Source: the human T2T-CHM13v2.0 reference genome, Homo sapiens
Length of the DNA: 64,000 bases
Assembly: GCF_009914755.1 (NCBI RefSeq)
Contig: NC_060947.1
Strand: one strand, 5' to 3'
Shown: positions 13,361-28,085 of the stretch, piece after piece
Layout of the letters: each line of letters begins with the position of its first letter
Position numbering within the stretch: position 1 is the stretch's first letter
The notes under the pieces: model-generated
Databases searched by the model: none
Told to the model about the DNA's origin: nothing
The model's input: the letters and a program-made list of their open reading frames with translations, nothing else
Translations under genes and position numbers: made by a program

Positions 13361-14935
13361 CCTCAGGGTGTGACGGCAGGAAGCGGGAGAGAACACAGAT
13401 GTCCCCTGTTATCTCCCTGGGCCCTGCGTGGCCCTCTCAGGGAACCACAAGCCAGGGCCAAGCCCATCCAATCCTCCTGCACCAGGAGCAGCAGAAGCCA
13501 TGCCGCTAATGGCAGTCACCTCGGTGGAAGTAGAGCGGGCCTGTGGCGGCGTGAGGCTTTTCTGCTCTGCTTCTGTGGAAGTGATTATCCAATAACTAGT
13601 AGGAATCGGGCAGTTGGCAGACGCCTCCCATGCTATAAAGCCACACAAGGCAGGCAAGTGTGGGCACAGATGAGAGGCTGAGAGCGGAGGTAGGATGTCA
13701 CCCCTGCCCTCGCCAGCCTCATCTGTTTTCCCAGGCGTCCCCCAACCACTACCCACGTGGATTCTCCCTCGAAGAGCCCCCTTTCAGGGCCCCATTGGCA
13801 CTTCACTCTTGAGGGAGGCCTAGGAGAAGCTAGTGGAAAGTTACTTCCACATAAACGGTCAGACAGACGGATGATGAAACCACAGGAAACCACAGCTCCT
13901 CCCCTGCCGGGGCACCAGGCCAGAAGCCGACCTGCTAGGCTTGGGGACCCTTTCTGGTCTTGCTAGGGGCTCAGAGACCCTGGGGAAGTCCCTTACTGTG
14001 TGTCTCATGTCTTCACTTATGGATGGGATGCCAGCTGCCCTCTCATGCCCTCACAGGGCTGTTGGGAGGCAAGGGTGAGCTAGCAGATGCAAAATAATGG
14101 CAAAATTAAGAAACCAAGTACCTGTACAAATGTACACCTTTATAGTGGTTCAATTTGGCCACACGTGCTTCTACTTAGAGAAACACCATACATGAATATT
14201 CAGGCACATATACATATCACTATATGATCCTACGAGCAACTTCCCTACCTCACTGAAAATATGATTCACTTCACCAAAATGTAATGCTATGGTCACATTC
14301 TACAAGGAAAACATCCAAAGCACAGCCACTGTAAGTGAGGATAGTTCTCAACTGGGCCTATGGTGGGCTGGCTGACTACACTTGCAGTCTAGAACGGGGC
14401 CTACTGCAGACTGGTCTGCAGTTAGTTTGATCTAGGGTTATGACAGCAGTTGACTTGAAAATAACTTTCCTCCTGCCCCTTTAAGAACACGGGTTCCTTC
14501 CCTTGCAGATAAGCAGGAAGTCCCCCTCCCTCTGTCTTGGTGCTTGGTGGTGTGTTTCACTTCCTTTCAAAGGTGTTTTCTTACTAAAGAAACCCTAAGC
14601 CCAGGGTCACATTCTGTTTCTTTCACAGGCATACTCAACTGCGTGTTGTTGATTCTGTGACAAGTTTCTTGAGCAAGAAAATACACAGAAAAAATGTTAA
14701 ATGTATAAAATATGAAAGTAAAACATCAATAATGTTTTAAATATTTAAAATATAAAAGTAATGCATGCTTCTGGTAAAAATGTAAATGGTAGAGGTTTCT
14801 CTATTTCCTTTCCCCAGAGGTAAGCTCTTAAAATTCCCTTCCGGAAATGGTCTCTCTACACCTCACTTTTTTATTGCACAGAAGGGATCAGACACTATTT
14901 ATGAGGCTCTTTATTTTCCACTTAAGAGTATTCTG

Positions 14936-15288
<353 letters not shown>

Positions 15289-15759
15289 TTAACAGCTGCA
15301 TAGTTTTCCATTGTTTGGGTACTCTATCATGTATTTAATTAATCTCCCAATTAATATACACTTAGGTTGATTGTAGCTTTTACTCTTATCTACAATGCTA
15401 TGGGGGAAAGATCTAGATGTTTGTGCATGTGTATGTATATGTATATGTAAGTGTGTTAGTATGGCTATAGAATGAGAGTCCTGTCACTGGACTTAAACTG
15501 GAAATGCTGGGTTCAACTGGAAATGCTGTTTTAATTGTGACAGCCACCGGTGCCTCTGAAAAGTCCCTACGAATTGACCCTTCCAACAACAGCATATAAG
15601 AGCTTTCACTTTTCTTTCCCTGCATTCTGGCCAACTGGAGCCACTACTCAACCTTTTCATTTTTGTCAGTCTGAAATGAGCAGAGAGGTCCTCATTGTTT
15701 GATTTGCATTTGAAAGCCTACCATACACGGGCATCTTCTCATGTTGTTCTTAGCTCAGT

Positions 15760-15950
15760 GAGGAGGGCCTTAGAGACCAGACTTTGGAACCAGATAGAGC
15801 TGGATACCGTCCCAGCTCAGCCACTTGCCAACTGTGATCTCTGGAGCCTCGGTTTATCCATCTGTAAAATGAGCATCCTCAGACTAAATTCATGGGATTT
15901 ACTGAGAAGGTGCAACAAAGCAACAAAAAATGTTTATCACTACAAATGTT
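15760..15950 (+). mobile_element. MIR
   Basis: MIR core AGCCTCGGTTTATCCATCTGTAAAATG. Confidence 0.7.
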
Positions 15951-16019
15951 AGTGTGTTTCTCATCCAAACAAACAAAAAAACATATATATATATATATAT
16001 ATATATACATATTTACATA

Positions 16020-16313
16020 TAGTCATGCATCGCTTAACAATGGGGATACGTTCTAGGCGATTTCCTCATTGTGCGAAGATCACAGAGTGTACTTACACAA
16101 ACCTAGATGGTACAGCCTACTACATACCTAGGTTATATGGTACAGCCCATTGTTCCTAGCTTGCAAACCTGTACAGCATGTCACTGCACTAAATACTGTA
16201 GGCAACTGTAACACAATGCTAAGTATTTGTGTATCTAAAATTAGAAAAGGTACAGTAAAAAATACAGTATTATTTTATGGGATCACTGAAATGTCATCAC
16301 ACAGTACATGACT
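16020..16313 (+). mobile_element. Tigger3a (MER7A)
   Basis: AGTCATGCATCGCTTAACAATGGGGATACGTTCT...CATGACTG termini. Confidence 0.85.
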
Positions 16314-16439
16314 GTGTGTGTGTGTATATATATATATCTATATACACATACATATATGCACATACACACAGTCTTATACTGTATATGTATACAGATGTGT
16401 GTATATATATAGTCTTATACCATATATGTATATAGCGTA

Positions 16440-16505
<66 letters not shown>

Positions 16506-16525
16506 TACACAGGGATATATATATA
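16314..16525. repeat. Compound (TG)/(TA)/(CA) microsatellite
   Basis: Direct reading; source of the spurious CVYIYI ORFs. Confidence 0.95.
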
Positions 16526-17089
16526 CTTTTTTGACCTAGTCAATGGCCAATTTAACCGTCTCTACAGCATCTGAGATCTCACCTTCTCCTCACTGCTGCC
16601 CCTGCTTGAGGGTAGAAAATGTAAATAAAATGCTGAAAAATAAAACTTAAAACTGTCACATTCAATGGTTGGTCTTACTAGCTGAGCAACCTTGGCCATG
16701 GTACTTCTCGGAGCTCCAGTTTCTTTCTCTGTAAAATGGGGTGTTCACTCTACCTACCCCACAATGTCACTGGGAGAATGAAGAGGCGCTTAAGGCAGTG
16801 CCTGGCTCTGGCAAGCACTCGATAAATGATCCTTGTGGTTGTTCTTCTTGGCCAGGGATCCCCTTAAGTGCTCAGGCCACTTTCCCCAGTGGGATAGGAG
16901 GAAAATAGTCACCTCAACTAACAGAGGGTAATCTATCAAACACCTACTGGGCTAGTTGAAGACCCTTTGGGCCTATAAACACTGCAGTAGGGTGTGGTGG
17001 AAGGGCATCTCCAACTCTCTGGTCCAGTCTTTGAGACACAATTAGATCCTGCCATGCTCAGCAAGCAGGTTGAGCCATCAGACCCTGTT

Positions 17090-17472
<383 letters not shown>

Positions 17473-17899
17473 TAATCTCCTTTGTAGAGGTCATCAACAA
17501 CCCCATTCGTTAGCGTTTAACAAGAAAAGAACTTCTTGGGGTGGGGCGGGGAGTGGGAAGTTATTGTGAATCTCCTTTGTGAGAAACAAATGCCATTTTC
17601 TGAATGATTTTTGCCACGTTTTATTTTTTAAAAATTTTCTCCTTTGGAAGCAGGGTGCACTGTGTATACTGTCATGTTGCTCAGATGACAGGTAAGTTAC
17701 CCGTGAGTAGGCATAAGTGCTGATGTCGTTTCTGGGTCCTTCAATACCACACAGAATCTCCTTGGGTTTATGCATGGTGAGGAGAGTAATTCGCCCTCAT
17801 CAAGGCTATGATTTATCCCGCCATAACTGAGCTAAGGTTTTTGTGAAGACAGCTGAAATATCCACACCATGCAGGGAACAGAGACACATTAAACAACAA

Positions 17900-18690
17900 C
17901 ACATCTCAAAAAATACTACTTTTGCAGTGGAGAAACCTGAGTGGTAACACATTAATCAATTGATCCAAGTTAACATCCCAATAACGGAACATACCAACTT
18001 CATGGGCCCCCGGCTGTGAGACACCGAGAAGGTCACAGTGTCCCTCGCTCGAGTAGCATTCCTGCCAAAAAGGCAAGCCCAAATCTAATCCCGAGGAAAC
18101 ATCAGTCAAACTTAAATCAAGGGAAATTCCACAAAATAAGCGGTCAGTCTTCTTCAAAAATAGTGTCATGGAATACAGACAGGCTGAGAAAGTTCTAAAT
18201 TAAAAGATACTAGTGGGGCATATCAATTACATGCCATGCATGATCCTGGATTGGAACATGGACCGGAAAAAGCTGTTATAAGAATGTTATTGGGCTAATA
18301 GACAAAATTTGAATAAGGTCTGCACATCAGATAATAGTCTTGTAGCAATGTGACATTTCCTGGTACTGACAATTGTACTGTGGCTATGTTGGAGAATGAC
18401 CTTATTCTTAGAAAATGCATACCTAGTATTTGTGGGTAAAAAGGTGTCATATTCACAACTTATTCTCACATGGTCTAGAAAAAATAAGTAAGTAGGTAGA
18501 CAGAAAGAACGATAGGTAGATAGAAAAATAGATATAGATAGATAGATAGATAGTAAAATATTGATAAAGCAAGTATGGCCAATTATTAACAACTGGTGAA
18601 TCTGGGTTAAGGGTATACCACAGTTCTTTACTGTCTTTTTGCAGCTTTTCTGTAAGTTTGAAATTATTCTAAAGTGAAAAATTTTAAACA
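17900..18690 (+). mobile_element. Old L1 (L1MC/ME) 3' end fragment
   Basis: AATCTAATC..GAGGAAACATCAG, GATCCTGGATTGGA, GGTGAATCTGGGT..AGGGTATA, TTTTCTGTAAGTTTGAAATTAT. Confidence 0.75.
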
Positions 18691-19099
18691 TTCTAGTAAC
18701 TGCAACCATGGTGCATGTTACAAACTAAATAATAAATAAGTCCTAACTAATAAAGGAAGCGAAACATTAACGTTGCAGAAATGTAAAACCAAAAACAAAT
18801 GACAAAGCACTCTCCCTCTGCTGGCAGTTTTAGCATTCTTGTACACAGAATGATCATTGATTTTGTTTTGTTTTGTTTTTCAAGTTCCTCTTAGTACAAA
18901 ATTTAAATCTCTTTCATTTAACATGCCTGCACAAAGTACTCAGTAGGTGCCAAGCAATGACTCACAACAAAGCCAGTTCCCAATGGCTCTTGTTCTCATT
19001 GGAAGTGAAGGCCATATTCTATATGTATGTATCCTCTCTGCCTTCAGTAGAGAAGGCAGGAACACTGGGAGGAAGGAAGAAGGTAAAAAAATCTTTATT

Positions 19100-21850
19100 A
19101 AAATGCCTCCTGACATGTCCACTTGGACTCTACTAGGCAAATCAAATGTCCTACATTCCATCCGAGCTCCTGATCATCTATCCTAAAACCTGAGCACACT
19201 GCGCCTCCCCATCCCCTGCCCAGTTAAGTTTCTCCACTTCAGTGGATGGCCACTCCATCCTTCCAGTTGCTCAGACCAAAATCTTTGCATCAGCCTGGAC
19301 TCCTCACTTTCTCTCCCCCTCCATACCCTGTAGATCAGCAAATCCTATTGGCTCTACCTTCAAAATACATCCAGCATCTGTCCACTCATCACCACTCCAC
19401 TTTCCCATCCTGGTCTGTCCTCCACCTGAATTGTTGCAATGGCCTGTAAAGCAGCCTCCCTGCTCCTAGTCTAGTCTCAACCCAGGAGCCAGAGTGGCCG
19501 TGGTCCCTTTCAAACCTGAATCAGGTCATGGGACTTCTCTGATGGCAAACTGCCAGTGGCTTCCTAACTCATGCAAAAAAAGGAAGGCCAAAGTTCTTAA
19601 AATGGCCTGGGAAGCTCCTCATGTTTGGCACCATCCATCCCACACTCCCATAAGGGTGATTTGACCTATTTGGCTTCACGTTGTACGACTCCAGGGAACA
19701 CTGCTGCTCTCCTGCTTCAGCCATGCTGGCTTTCGTGTGTGGTCATGGTCCCTGCTCAGGGCCTTGGAGTTGGCTGTGACCTCTCCTGGAGGCATCTGCG
19801 TGGCTCACTTCCTCTTTCCCTTGAAGTCTTGCCTCTGATGGCTTACCTGGACCATCCCTCCTACACACTCCCTGTTCATTTCCCTTACCCTACTCTCACT
19901 TTCCATGGTCATCTTCTAGTATACTATGCACACTACTTATTTTTAAAAATATGTATTCTCGATTCCACACAAAAGTCCCTCTCCCTCTCCCTCTCCCTCT
20001 CCCCTCTTTCCACGGTCTCCCTCTCCCTCTCTTTCCACGGTCTCCCTCTCCCTCTCTTTCCACGGTCTCCCTCTGATGCCAAGCCGAAGCTGGACTCTAC
20101 TGCTGCCATCTCGGCTCACTGCAACCTCCCTGCCTGATTCTCCTGCCTCAGCCTGCCGAGTGCCTGCGATTACAGGCGCGCGCCCCCACGCCTGACTGGT
20201 TTTCCTACTTTTTTGGTGGAGACGGGGTTTCGCTGTGTTGGCCAGGCTGGTCTCCAGCTCCTAACCGCGAGTGATCCGCCAGCCTCGGCCTCCCGAGGTG
20301 CCGGGTTTGCAGACGGAGTCTGGTTCACTCAGTGCTCAATGGTGCCCAGGCTGGAGTGCAGTGGCGTGATCGCGGCTCGCTACAACCTCCACCTCCCAGC
20401 CGCCTGCCTTGGCCTCCCAAAGTGCCGAGATTGCAGCCTCTGCCCGGCCGCCACCCCATCTGGGAAGTGAGGAGCGTCTCTGCCCGGCCGCCCATCGTCT
20501 GGGACGTGAGGAGCCCCTCTGCCTGGCTGCCCAGTCTGGAAAGTGAGGAGCGTCTCTGCCCGGCCGCCATCCCATCTAGGAAGTGAGGAGCGCCTCTTCC
20601 CGGCCGCCATCCCATCTAGGAAGTGAGGAGCGTCTCTGCCGGGCCGCCCATCGTCTGAGATGTGGGGAGCACCTCTGCCCCGCCGCCCCGTCTGGGATGT
20701 GAGGAGCGCCTCTGCCCGGCCGCGACCCCGTCTGGGAGATGAGGAGCGTCTCTGCCCGGCTGCCCCATCTGGGAAGTGAGGAGACCCTCCGCCTGGCAAC
20801 CGCCCCGTCTGGGAAGTGAGGAGCATCTCCGCCCGGCAGCCACCCCATCCGGGAGGGAGGTGGGGGTCAGCCCCCGCCAGGCCAGCCGCCCCGTCCGGGA
20901 GGGAGGTGAGGGGGGTCAGCCCCCCGCCCGGCCAGCCGCCCCGTCCGGGAGGGAGGTGGGGGGGTCAGCCCCCCGTCCGGCCAGCCGCCCCGTCCGGGAG
21001 GTGAGGGGTGCCTCTTCCCAGCCGCCCCTACTGGGAAGGGAGGAGCCCCTCTGCCTGGCCAGCCGCCCCATCCAGGAGGGAGGTTGGGGGGTCAGCCCCC
21101 CGCCCGGCCAGCCGCCCCGTCCGGGAGGGAGGTGGGGGGGTCAGCCCCCCACCCGGCCAGCCGCCCCATCCGGGAGGGAGGTGGGGGGGTCAGCCCCCCA
21201 CCCGGCCAGCCGCCCCGTCAGGGAGGGAGGTGGGGGTTCAGCCCCCCACCCGGCCAGCCGCCCTGTCCGGGAGGTGAGGGGCGCCTCTGCCCGGCCGCCC
21301 CTACTGGGATGTGAGGAGCCCCTCTGCCCAGCCACCACCCTGTCTGGGAGGTGTACCCAACAGCTCATTGAGAACGGGCCGGGATGACAATGGCGGTTTT
21401 GTGGAATAGAAACGGGGGAAAGGTGGGGAAAAGATTGAGAAATCGGATGGTTGCCGTGTCTGTGTAGAAAGAAGTAGACATGGGAGACTTTTCATTTTGT
21501 TCTGTACTAAGAAAAATTCTTCTGCCTTGGGATCCTGCTAATCGGTGACCTTACCCCCAACCCTGTACTCTCTGAAACATGTGCTGTGTCCACTCAGAGT
21601 TGAATGGATTAAGGGCGGTGCAAGATGTGCTTTGTTAAACAGATGCTTGAAGGCAGCATGCTCGTTAAGAATCATCACCACTCCCTAATCTCAAGTACCC
21701 AGGGACACAAACACTGCGGAAGGCCGCAGGGTCCTCTGCCTAGGAAAACCAGAGACCTTTGTTCACTTGTTTATCTGCTGACCTTCCCTCCACTATTGTC
21801 CTATGACCCTGCCAAATCCCCCTCTGCGAGAAACACCCAAGAATGATCAA

Positions 21851-21885
<35 letters not shown>

Positions 21886-22020
21886 TGTATTCTCTCTTTC
21901 TGGCCCGCTAGAAAGTAAACTCCTTAAAGGCAGAAGTTTTGTTTATTGAGATATCCTTGGCTCCTACAACAATGCTTGCCACACAGTAGTAACTCAATAA
22001 AAATTGGTTGAACAAATAAA
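19100..22020 (+). mobile_element. L2 3' region interrupted by the SVA
   Basis: CTCCATCCTTCCAGTTGCTCAG, CAGCAAATCCTATTGGCTCTACCTTCAAAA; L2 terminus CACACAGTAG..CTCAATAAA resumes after 21895. Confidence 0.75.
19961..21879 (+). mobile_element. Full-length SVA retrotransposon (SVA_D-F type)
   Basis: (CCCTCT)n hexamer, antisense Alu-like domain, GC-rich VNTR ~20440-21350, SINE-R, AATAAA + A-tail; 15-bp TSD AAAATATGTATTCTC at 19946-19960 and 21880-21894. Confidence 0.97.
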
Positions 22021-22105
22021 GACTATTTCAAAAATTAAGCATGGGAGATCAATGTAGTTGCATATTAAAATGATTTCTATAAAAATAAACATGATCAGTC
22101 GAGAT

Positions 22106-22409
22106 CTTTTTTTTTTTTTTTTTTTGAGACGGAGTTTCGCTCCTGTGTCCCAGGCTAGAGTGCAATGGTACAATCTCGGCTTACTGCAACCTCCGCCTCC
22201 CGGGTTCAAGCGATTCTCTCCTCCCTCAGCCTCCCAGTAGCTGGGATTGCAGGCGCCTGCTACCACACCCGGCTAATTTTTGTATTTTTAGTAGAGATGG
22301 GGGTTTCGCCATGTTGGCCAGGCTGGTCTCGAACTCCCGACCTGAGGTGATCCACCGCCTCGGCCTCCCAAAGTGCTGGGATTACAGGCATGAGCCACCG
22401 CGCCCGGCC
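22106..22409 (-). mobile_element. AluS
   Basis: Reverse Alu; degenerate TSD AGTC(G/A)AGAT. Confidence 0.95.
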
Positions 22410-22669
22410 CAGTCAAGATTTTTTAACAAAATTTTTAAATTATGTCTTTCAACAAAGGTGTTTATTCTGGGTTTTGGAGTTTGCATTCAAAATTTTGCAT
22501 TCAAATCTGAATTTAGCTTTGTGATTCCTGAGTTTCAGTTTCCTTCCAGCAAAACCAAAAATAGAAGGACTTGGCTTGAAGGGTTTTAACTGAGGATTAA
22601 ATTAGATGATGCACCTGGCACTGGTTTAATAAATGAGAGTACAAGCTTTTTCTCATTTTGTCATTCTGT

Positions 22670-23401
22670 AAATCTACCCAGAGTTAAGCCAAACTTCACA
22701 AGTTAAATTCTCTACAAGACAGCCCTCACTTCAGACACCAGTCCCCAGGGTCACTCACTCTTCCAACCAACTGGCTAAAATTGAGGGATTCCCGTGACCA
22801 CCCTCTGGCTCAATAATTTGCTAGAACGATTCACAGAACTCAGGGAAGTGCTATACTTACAGTTTTATTACAGTAAAAGGATACAGCCCAAAGAAGAAAT
22901 GCGCAGGGCAACATCTGTCAGGGTTCCAAGTGCAATGCTTCTGTCATCCTTAAGGACGTGTTATCCTCCCAGCCTGAAAGTGTGACAATACTCAAGGAGT
23001 AATGTCAGTCAAGGAGGCTCACTTGAGCTTTGGTGTACTAAAATGTTTACTGAGGCCTACTGAGGCCTCATACAGGCATGATTGATAGAACCACTGGTCA
23101 CATGGTTCATTCTCCAGCTCCCCTTTTCCCCTCCAGAGGTTGGGCTTATATCTCATGGCTTAAAGCCCCAACCCTCTAATCACATATTTGATCTTTCCGG
23201 CCTGGCCAGCCCCTATTCTGAATCGTCTCATTAGCATAAACTGTCCGGTGTGAGCCACCTCATTATCATAAACAATCAAGCCTGGTCCAAGGGGCCCACC
23301 ATGAATAACAAAGACACTCCAATCACTCAGGAAATTCTAAGGGTTTAGAAGCTACATCTCAGGAACTAGAGATAATGGCCAGCCAAATTCTTCATTACAC
23401 A
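22670..23401 (-). mobile_element. MER21-family LTR
   Basis: AATAATTTGCTAGAACGATTCACAGAACTCAGG, CCCACCATGAATAACAAAGACACTCC, CAGCCAAATTCTT. Confidence 0.8.
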
Positions 23402-24489
23402 AAACCAAACACAGTGTTCTAGCTAAAAAGTAAGGCATTTATGCAAACATAACCACAGAGTACAAAATATAAAATTCAGACATTAAAATACCTCCTCCTG
23501 GCCCAAACTAAAATTGTGTTCCTGTCTGTGTATACATAGAAAAATAGAAAAATTTAAGTGCAAATGTATGCTCACTCTTTGTGCCAAGGACCTTAAGTAG
23601 TAAAAAAAAAAAAAAAAAAAAAAAAAGACTAGGAAGCCATTTTCATGAATGAGTAAATTTAGGTCTTTAGAAGCCACGTGTGTAATTTCAAATCTGAGAA
23701 ATGGATGCTTGTATGACAAAAACTAACAATATACACCACCATCACCACCACTGCCACTACCAAAACAAAATCAGGTCTATTATTGTTTGGTTAGCACTGG
23801 GAACAATTCCAGTATTGGTGAACCATCCTATGTTTAGGTAAAATACACATTCTGAGTTGACTGAGTTTCATATATGACTGAATCTGAATTTGGCTCCTTC
23901 TCATCTTAGATATACAATCTTCCTCCTAAAGTATGGATTCTATGAGATCTAGCACCTAAAATTATGCCTAAAGGACTATGGGCCCACAGTTGAATACAAG
24001 GAGTTTTGGTTTATGGTCTTGGCTCTGCAAACCAACTGAATACCCTTGAATGGGTGGCTTAACCTCTCTGTGCTGAATTCCATCCTCTGCAAAATATTGA
24101 TATGAATATCTAGTCCCTTTATCTGCCTACAAGTACTTTAAGGATAAAATGACACAAAAGGTGAGAGAATATTTTGATGAAGTTCACTAAAACTAGATAA
24201 ATATGAGTTGCATTACATAAGGAATTACTAAACACCAAAATGTAAGGTGACACCTATAAGCTGGTCTTCCCCCCGCCCCCACCAGCTGTTGTCCAATTTG
24301 TTGCTTTCTCTGAGCTGGTGCCCAAACCCTTTCAGGTAAGCTGCTGGTATAGATGGTGAAATTTAGATCAAGCAGAGAATATTCAGAGGTAAATGGTAAA
24401 TTAAATTTCAAAAGCAGGGTTATTGGTTTATCACATTCATCGGTAGCCACGCCATCACTTCCATTTTTTTCTCAAAAAACGCTGTTGGT

Positions 24490-24989
<500 letters not shown>

Positions 24990-25265
24990 TTAGCAGTTCC
25001 TGTGCTTGTATCAACAAAAGAAATTACAGATATTTTTATATCTGTTAACGTTGTGTAGATATCAAACACTGATCACTATTTTGAATTTATAGTGGATATG
25101 AGACTGACTGCTAGACTGTGTTCTTTAATATATAAAGAAGCACATATATTACATCACAATTATTAAAAACTTTTGGTAACTGTATGTAAATATAATTTTC
25201 ATTTGTGATCCCAGGTTTTTGTTTTAAGCATTGACATAATTCTGAGAAAGGATCTATGAGGGGGT

Positions 25266-25592
25266 GGGGTGGTCCCCAACCCCCTGCTGTGCAGTTAGGA
25301 ACCGGGCCACACAGCAGGAAGTGAGAGGCCAGTGATCGAGCATTACCACATGACCGCCTGAGCTATGCCTCCTGTGAGATCAGGGCGGCATTAGATTTTC
25401 ATAGGATCGCCAACCCTATTTCAAACTGCACATACGAGGGATCCAGGTTGTGCACTCCTTATGAGAAGCTAATGCCTAATGATCTCAGGTGGAACAGTTT
25501 CATCCTGAAACCAGCACCCTCCCGACCCTGTCCATGGAAAGATTGTCTTCCACGAAACCGGTCTCTGGTGCCAAAAAGGTTAGGAACCGCTG
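25266..25592 (+). mobile_element. MER1B
   Basis: GGTCCCCAACCCC...CTCCTTATGAGAA...GTGCCAAAAAGGTTAGGAACCGCTG. Confidence 0.88.
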
Positions 25593-26554
25593 ATCTATGG
25601 GACTATTGGGTCAGTTTCAATTCTCCTTCATTGGCCTTGGTACATGCAAGTCAATTCTGAGGCACAAGTAAGCTGAAAGTTGCAGCCATCCCTCAGACAG
25701 GAAAAAATAACCCGGCAGAAAGGAAGAGAACAGAACTGGTGTGTGCACCTCACAGAGGCCTAGAAAACGGTGGCGGCTGCTCCAAAACACCAGCTCCAAG
25801 GGCACCTAGGCTCAGATCGAAGCATTGCAGGTGGCAAAGAGGCTGGAGCATCCTGTGTACACACTCAGACTGATCCACCAGTGAAAGGAAGGGGTTAAAG
25901 AGGAGGAGCATGGAAAACTTCCAGGAGAGCTGACAAACTTAGCTGCAAAGTCAGGATAAAACAGTCCAAGAACCCCAACAAGGAACTACTGGAGGTGATG
26001 TCGGAGAGTTCCTCTCTCTCATAAAGATCAAAGATTTCTTGGGATTGTCTGCTGTGCACAAGCGTGGCCCGGCCCTGGGTCAACAAGAATGTCCCTCAAC
26101 TGGAAAGAAAATAGAGGGATGAAGAATTCCAATTCTGGCACTGGTGCCACCAGCTCTACTGGTGCCAGCAGTCTGAGAACCTTGGTCTGGTATCCGCACC
26201 TCCTCCCAGGTGCTCTGGGAATGGGTAAGGGAACTAAGATGCTGTGGCCCTTAAGCTCTGCCAGTCAAATCAACCTATGATGAAGCTCTATAGCATTGTT
26301 AAGAAGCCCATTGTTTTGTACTTTAAAATTTGTTTTCCTCTAGTTTCCTAATAAAAAGTTTTTTTTTTTCCTAAATTGGCACCACTTTCTCAGCTCAAGA
26401 AGAACAGGGAGTTTCCACACCTGAGAAGTGTTAATGGGCATGACCTGAGAGGGCATTATAGGCAGAGGAAGAGGCACGTGTGTAAGGGCCCATTCCTGGG
26501 TCCAGGAAAAGACAGTAGCACTGGAGGCACTCAAAGAATGAGAATCTAAAAAGG

Positions 26555-26713
26555 GCAGGACTGGCTTCAGAATTTGGGGGACACAGTACAAAATAGAAAT
26601 GTGGGGTAAGAATTTCAAAATGGCGGCAGCAGTACATTAAGCCAAGCACCAGGGACTTCTGAGCGTAAGGCCCAGTGCAGCTGTACAGCTGTGCACCTGT
26701 GAAGCCAGTCCTG
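26555..26713 (-). mobile_element. MER45A
   Basis: CAGGACTGGCT...GAAGCCAGTCCTG inverted termini. Confidence 0.8.
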
Positions 26714-27089
26714 GAGAGGCCAAATCGTCAGGGTCAGCCAAGGAAGTTGATCTTGGCCTATGTGGGTTTTCCCCTCAGATTTGAGCCAGTGCTCCATTAC
26801 CTACACTCCATTTTCCTCACCATAAAGCTATTAACCATCTTCTGCTGATGATCTGGGAACTATATTTTATATAAAGCTTTGGCACCCACAGAAAAAACAC
26901 ATTAAAAAATACAAACACTTGTTACTTGCTAAGCATAATTCTGCTTCACAATGGAATCAAAGGTTTGTCATTTTTAACACAGAAAGCCATTGGGAGTGTG
27001 TAATGCCTCCCCTTTCAATATGCTATTGAACCTACTAATTTTTTTAGCCATTGTAATATGAATGACTTCTTAGAAAAATATTGTAGTAA

Positions 27090-27399
<310 letters not shown>

Positions 27400-27597
27400 T
27401 TAAGTAGTGAAAAGCTGAGGAAAACTACTAACGTTCAGGATACAAATTCTCTTTATTGCCAGTGCCTTGGCCATGCAGGAGGAGGAAAAAGAGCAGATTG
27501 AATTTCTGTAATGAAATAATTTGAAAATTGGGGCAGGGAAAATTTTAATGTATATGACATTATTACGATATCTATGTTTAAATGTCTTCATGATGTA

Positions 27598-27745
27598 GGC
27601 TGGGTGCGGTGGCTCACGCCTGTAATCCCAGCACTTTGGGAGGCCGAGGTGGAAGGATTGCTTGAGCCCAGGAACTTGAGACCAGCCTGGGCAACATAGA
27701 GAGAACCTGTTTCTTAAAAAAAAAAAAGAAAAAAAGAGAAAAAAC
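27598..27745 (+). mobile_element. Alu left monomer (FLAM-like)
   Basis: Single arm + A-tail. Confidence 0.88.
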
Positions 27746-27849
27746 ATCTACATGATGAAAAAGCTAGACAGCTGATTGAGACAGAATATAACTTTACCCT
27801 TATCTGGCGTATGGAACAAAGCCTTTAAAAGGCCTTAGGATTCTAGAGA

Positions 27850-28085
27850 AGAGTAGTGTTTAAATGAGGCGGCTTCTGAGCCAGCCAGTCTGAGTTCAAA
27901 TCCTGCCTTTGGCTTTCGTTGTGTTTTCTTGGGGAAGTTATTTAATCCCTCTAGAATTCTCTCATCTGCAAAATGAGGAGAATAACGGTGCCACTGTCAT
28001 AGGATTGTGTGAGGATTCGGGAAATACTACATGGAAAGCTTCCCAGTATATGGAAAGCACTCAGAAAGCACTTGCTGTTATTACT
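27850..28085 (+). mobile_element. MIR
   Basis: GAGTTCAAATCC, CTCATCTGCAAAATGAGG, ATAGGATTGTGTGAGGATT. Confidence 0.75.

Noticed and set aside
20440-21350. Repeat array superficially like a CRISPR or novel tandem system
   Set aside because: Contiguous SVA VNTR units without unique spacers; eukaryotic context
19625-21846. Many long ORFs (up to 203 aa) on both strands
   Set aside because: All lie in the SVA hexamer/Alu-like/VNTR/SINE-R sequence or adjacent L2; GC-rich repeats lack stop codons
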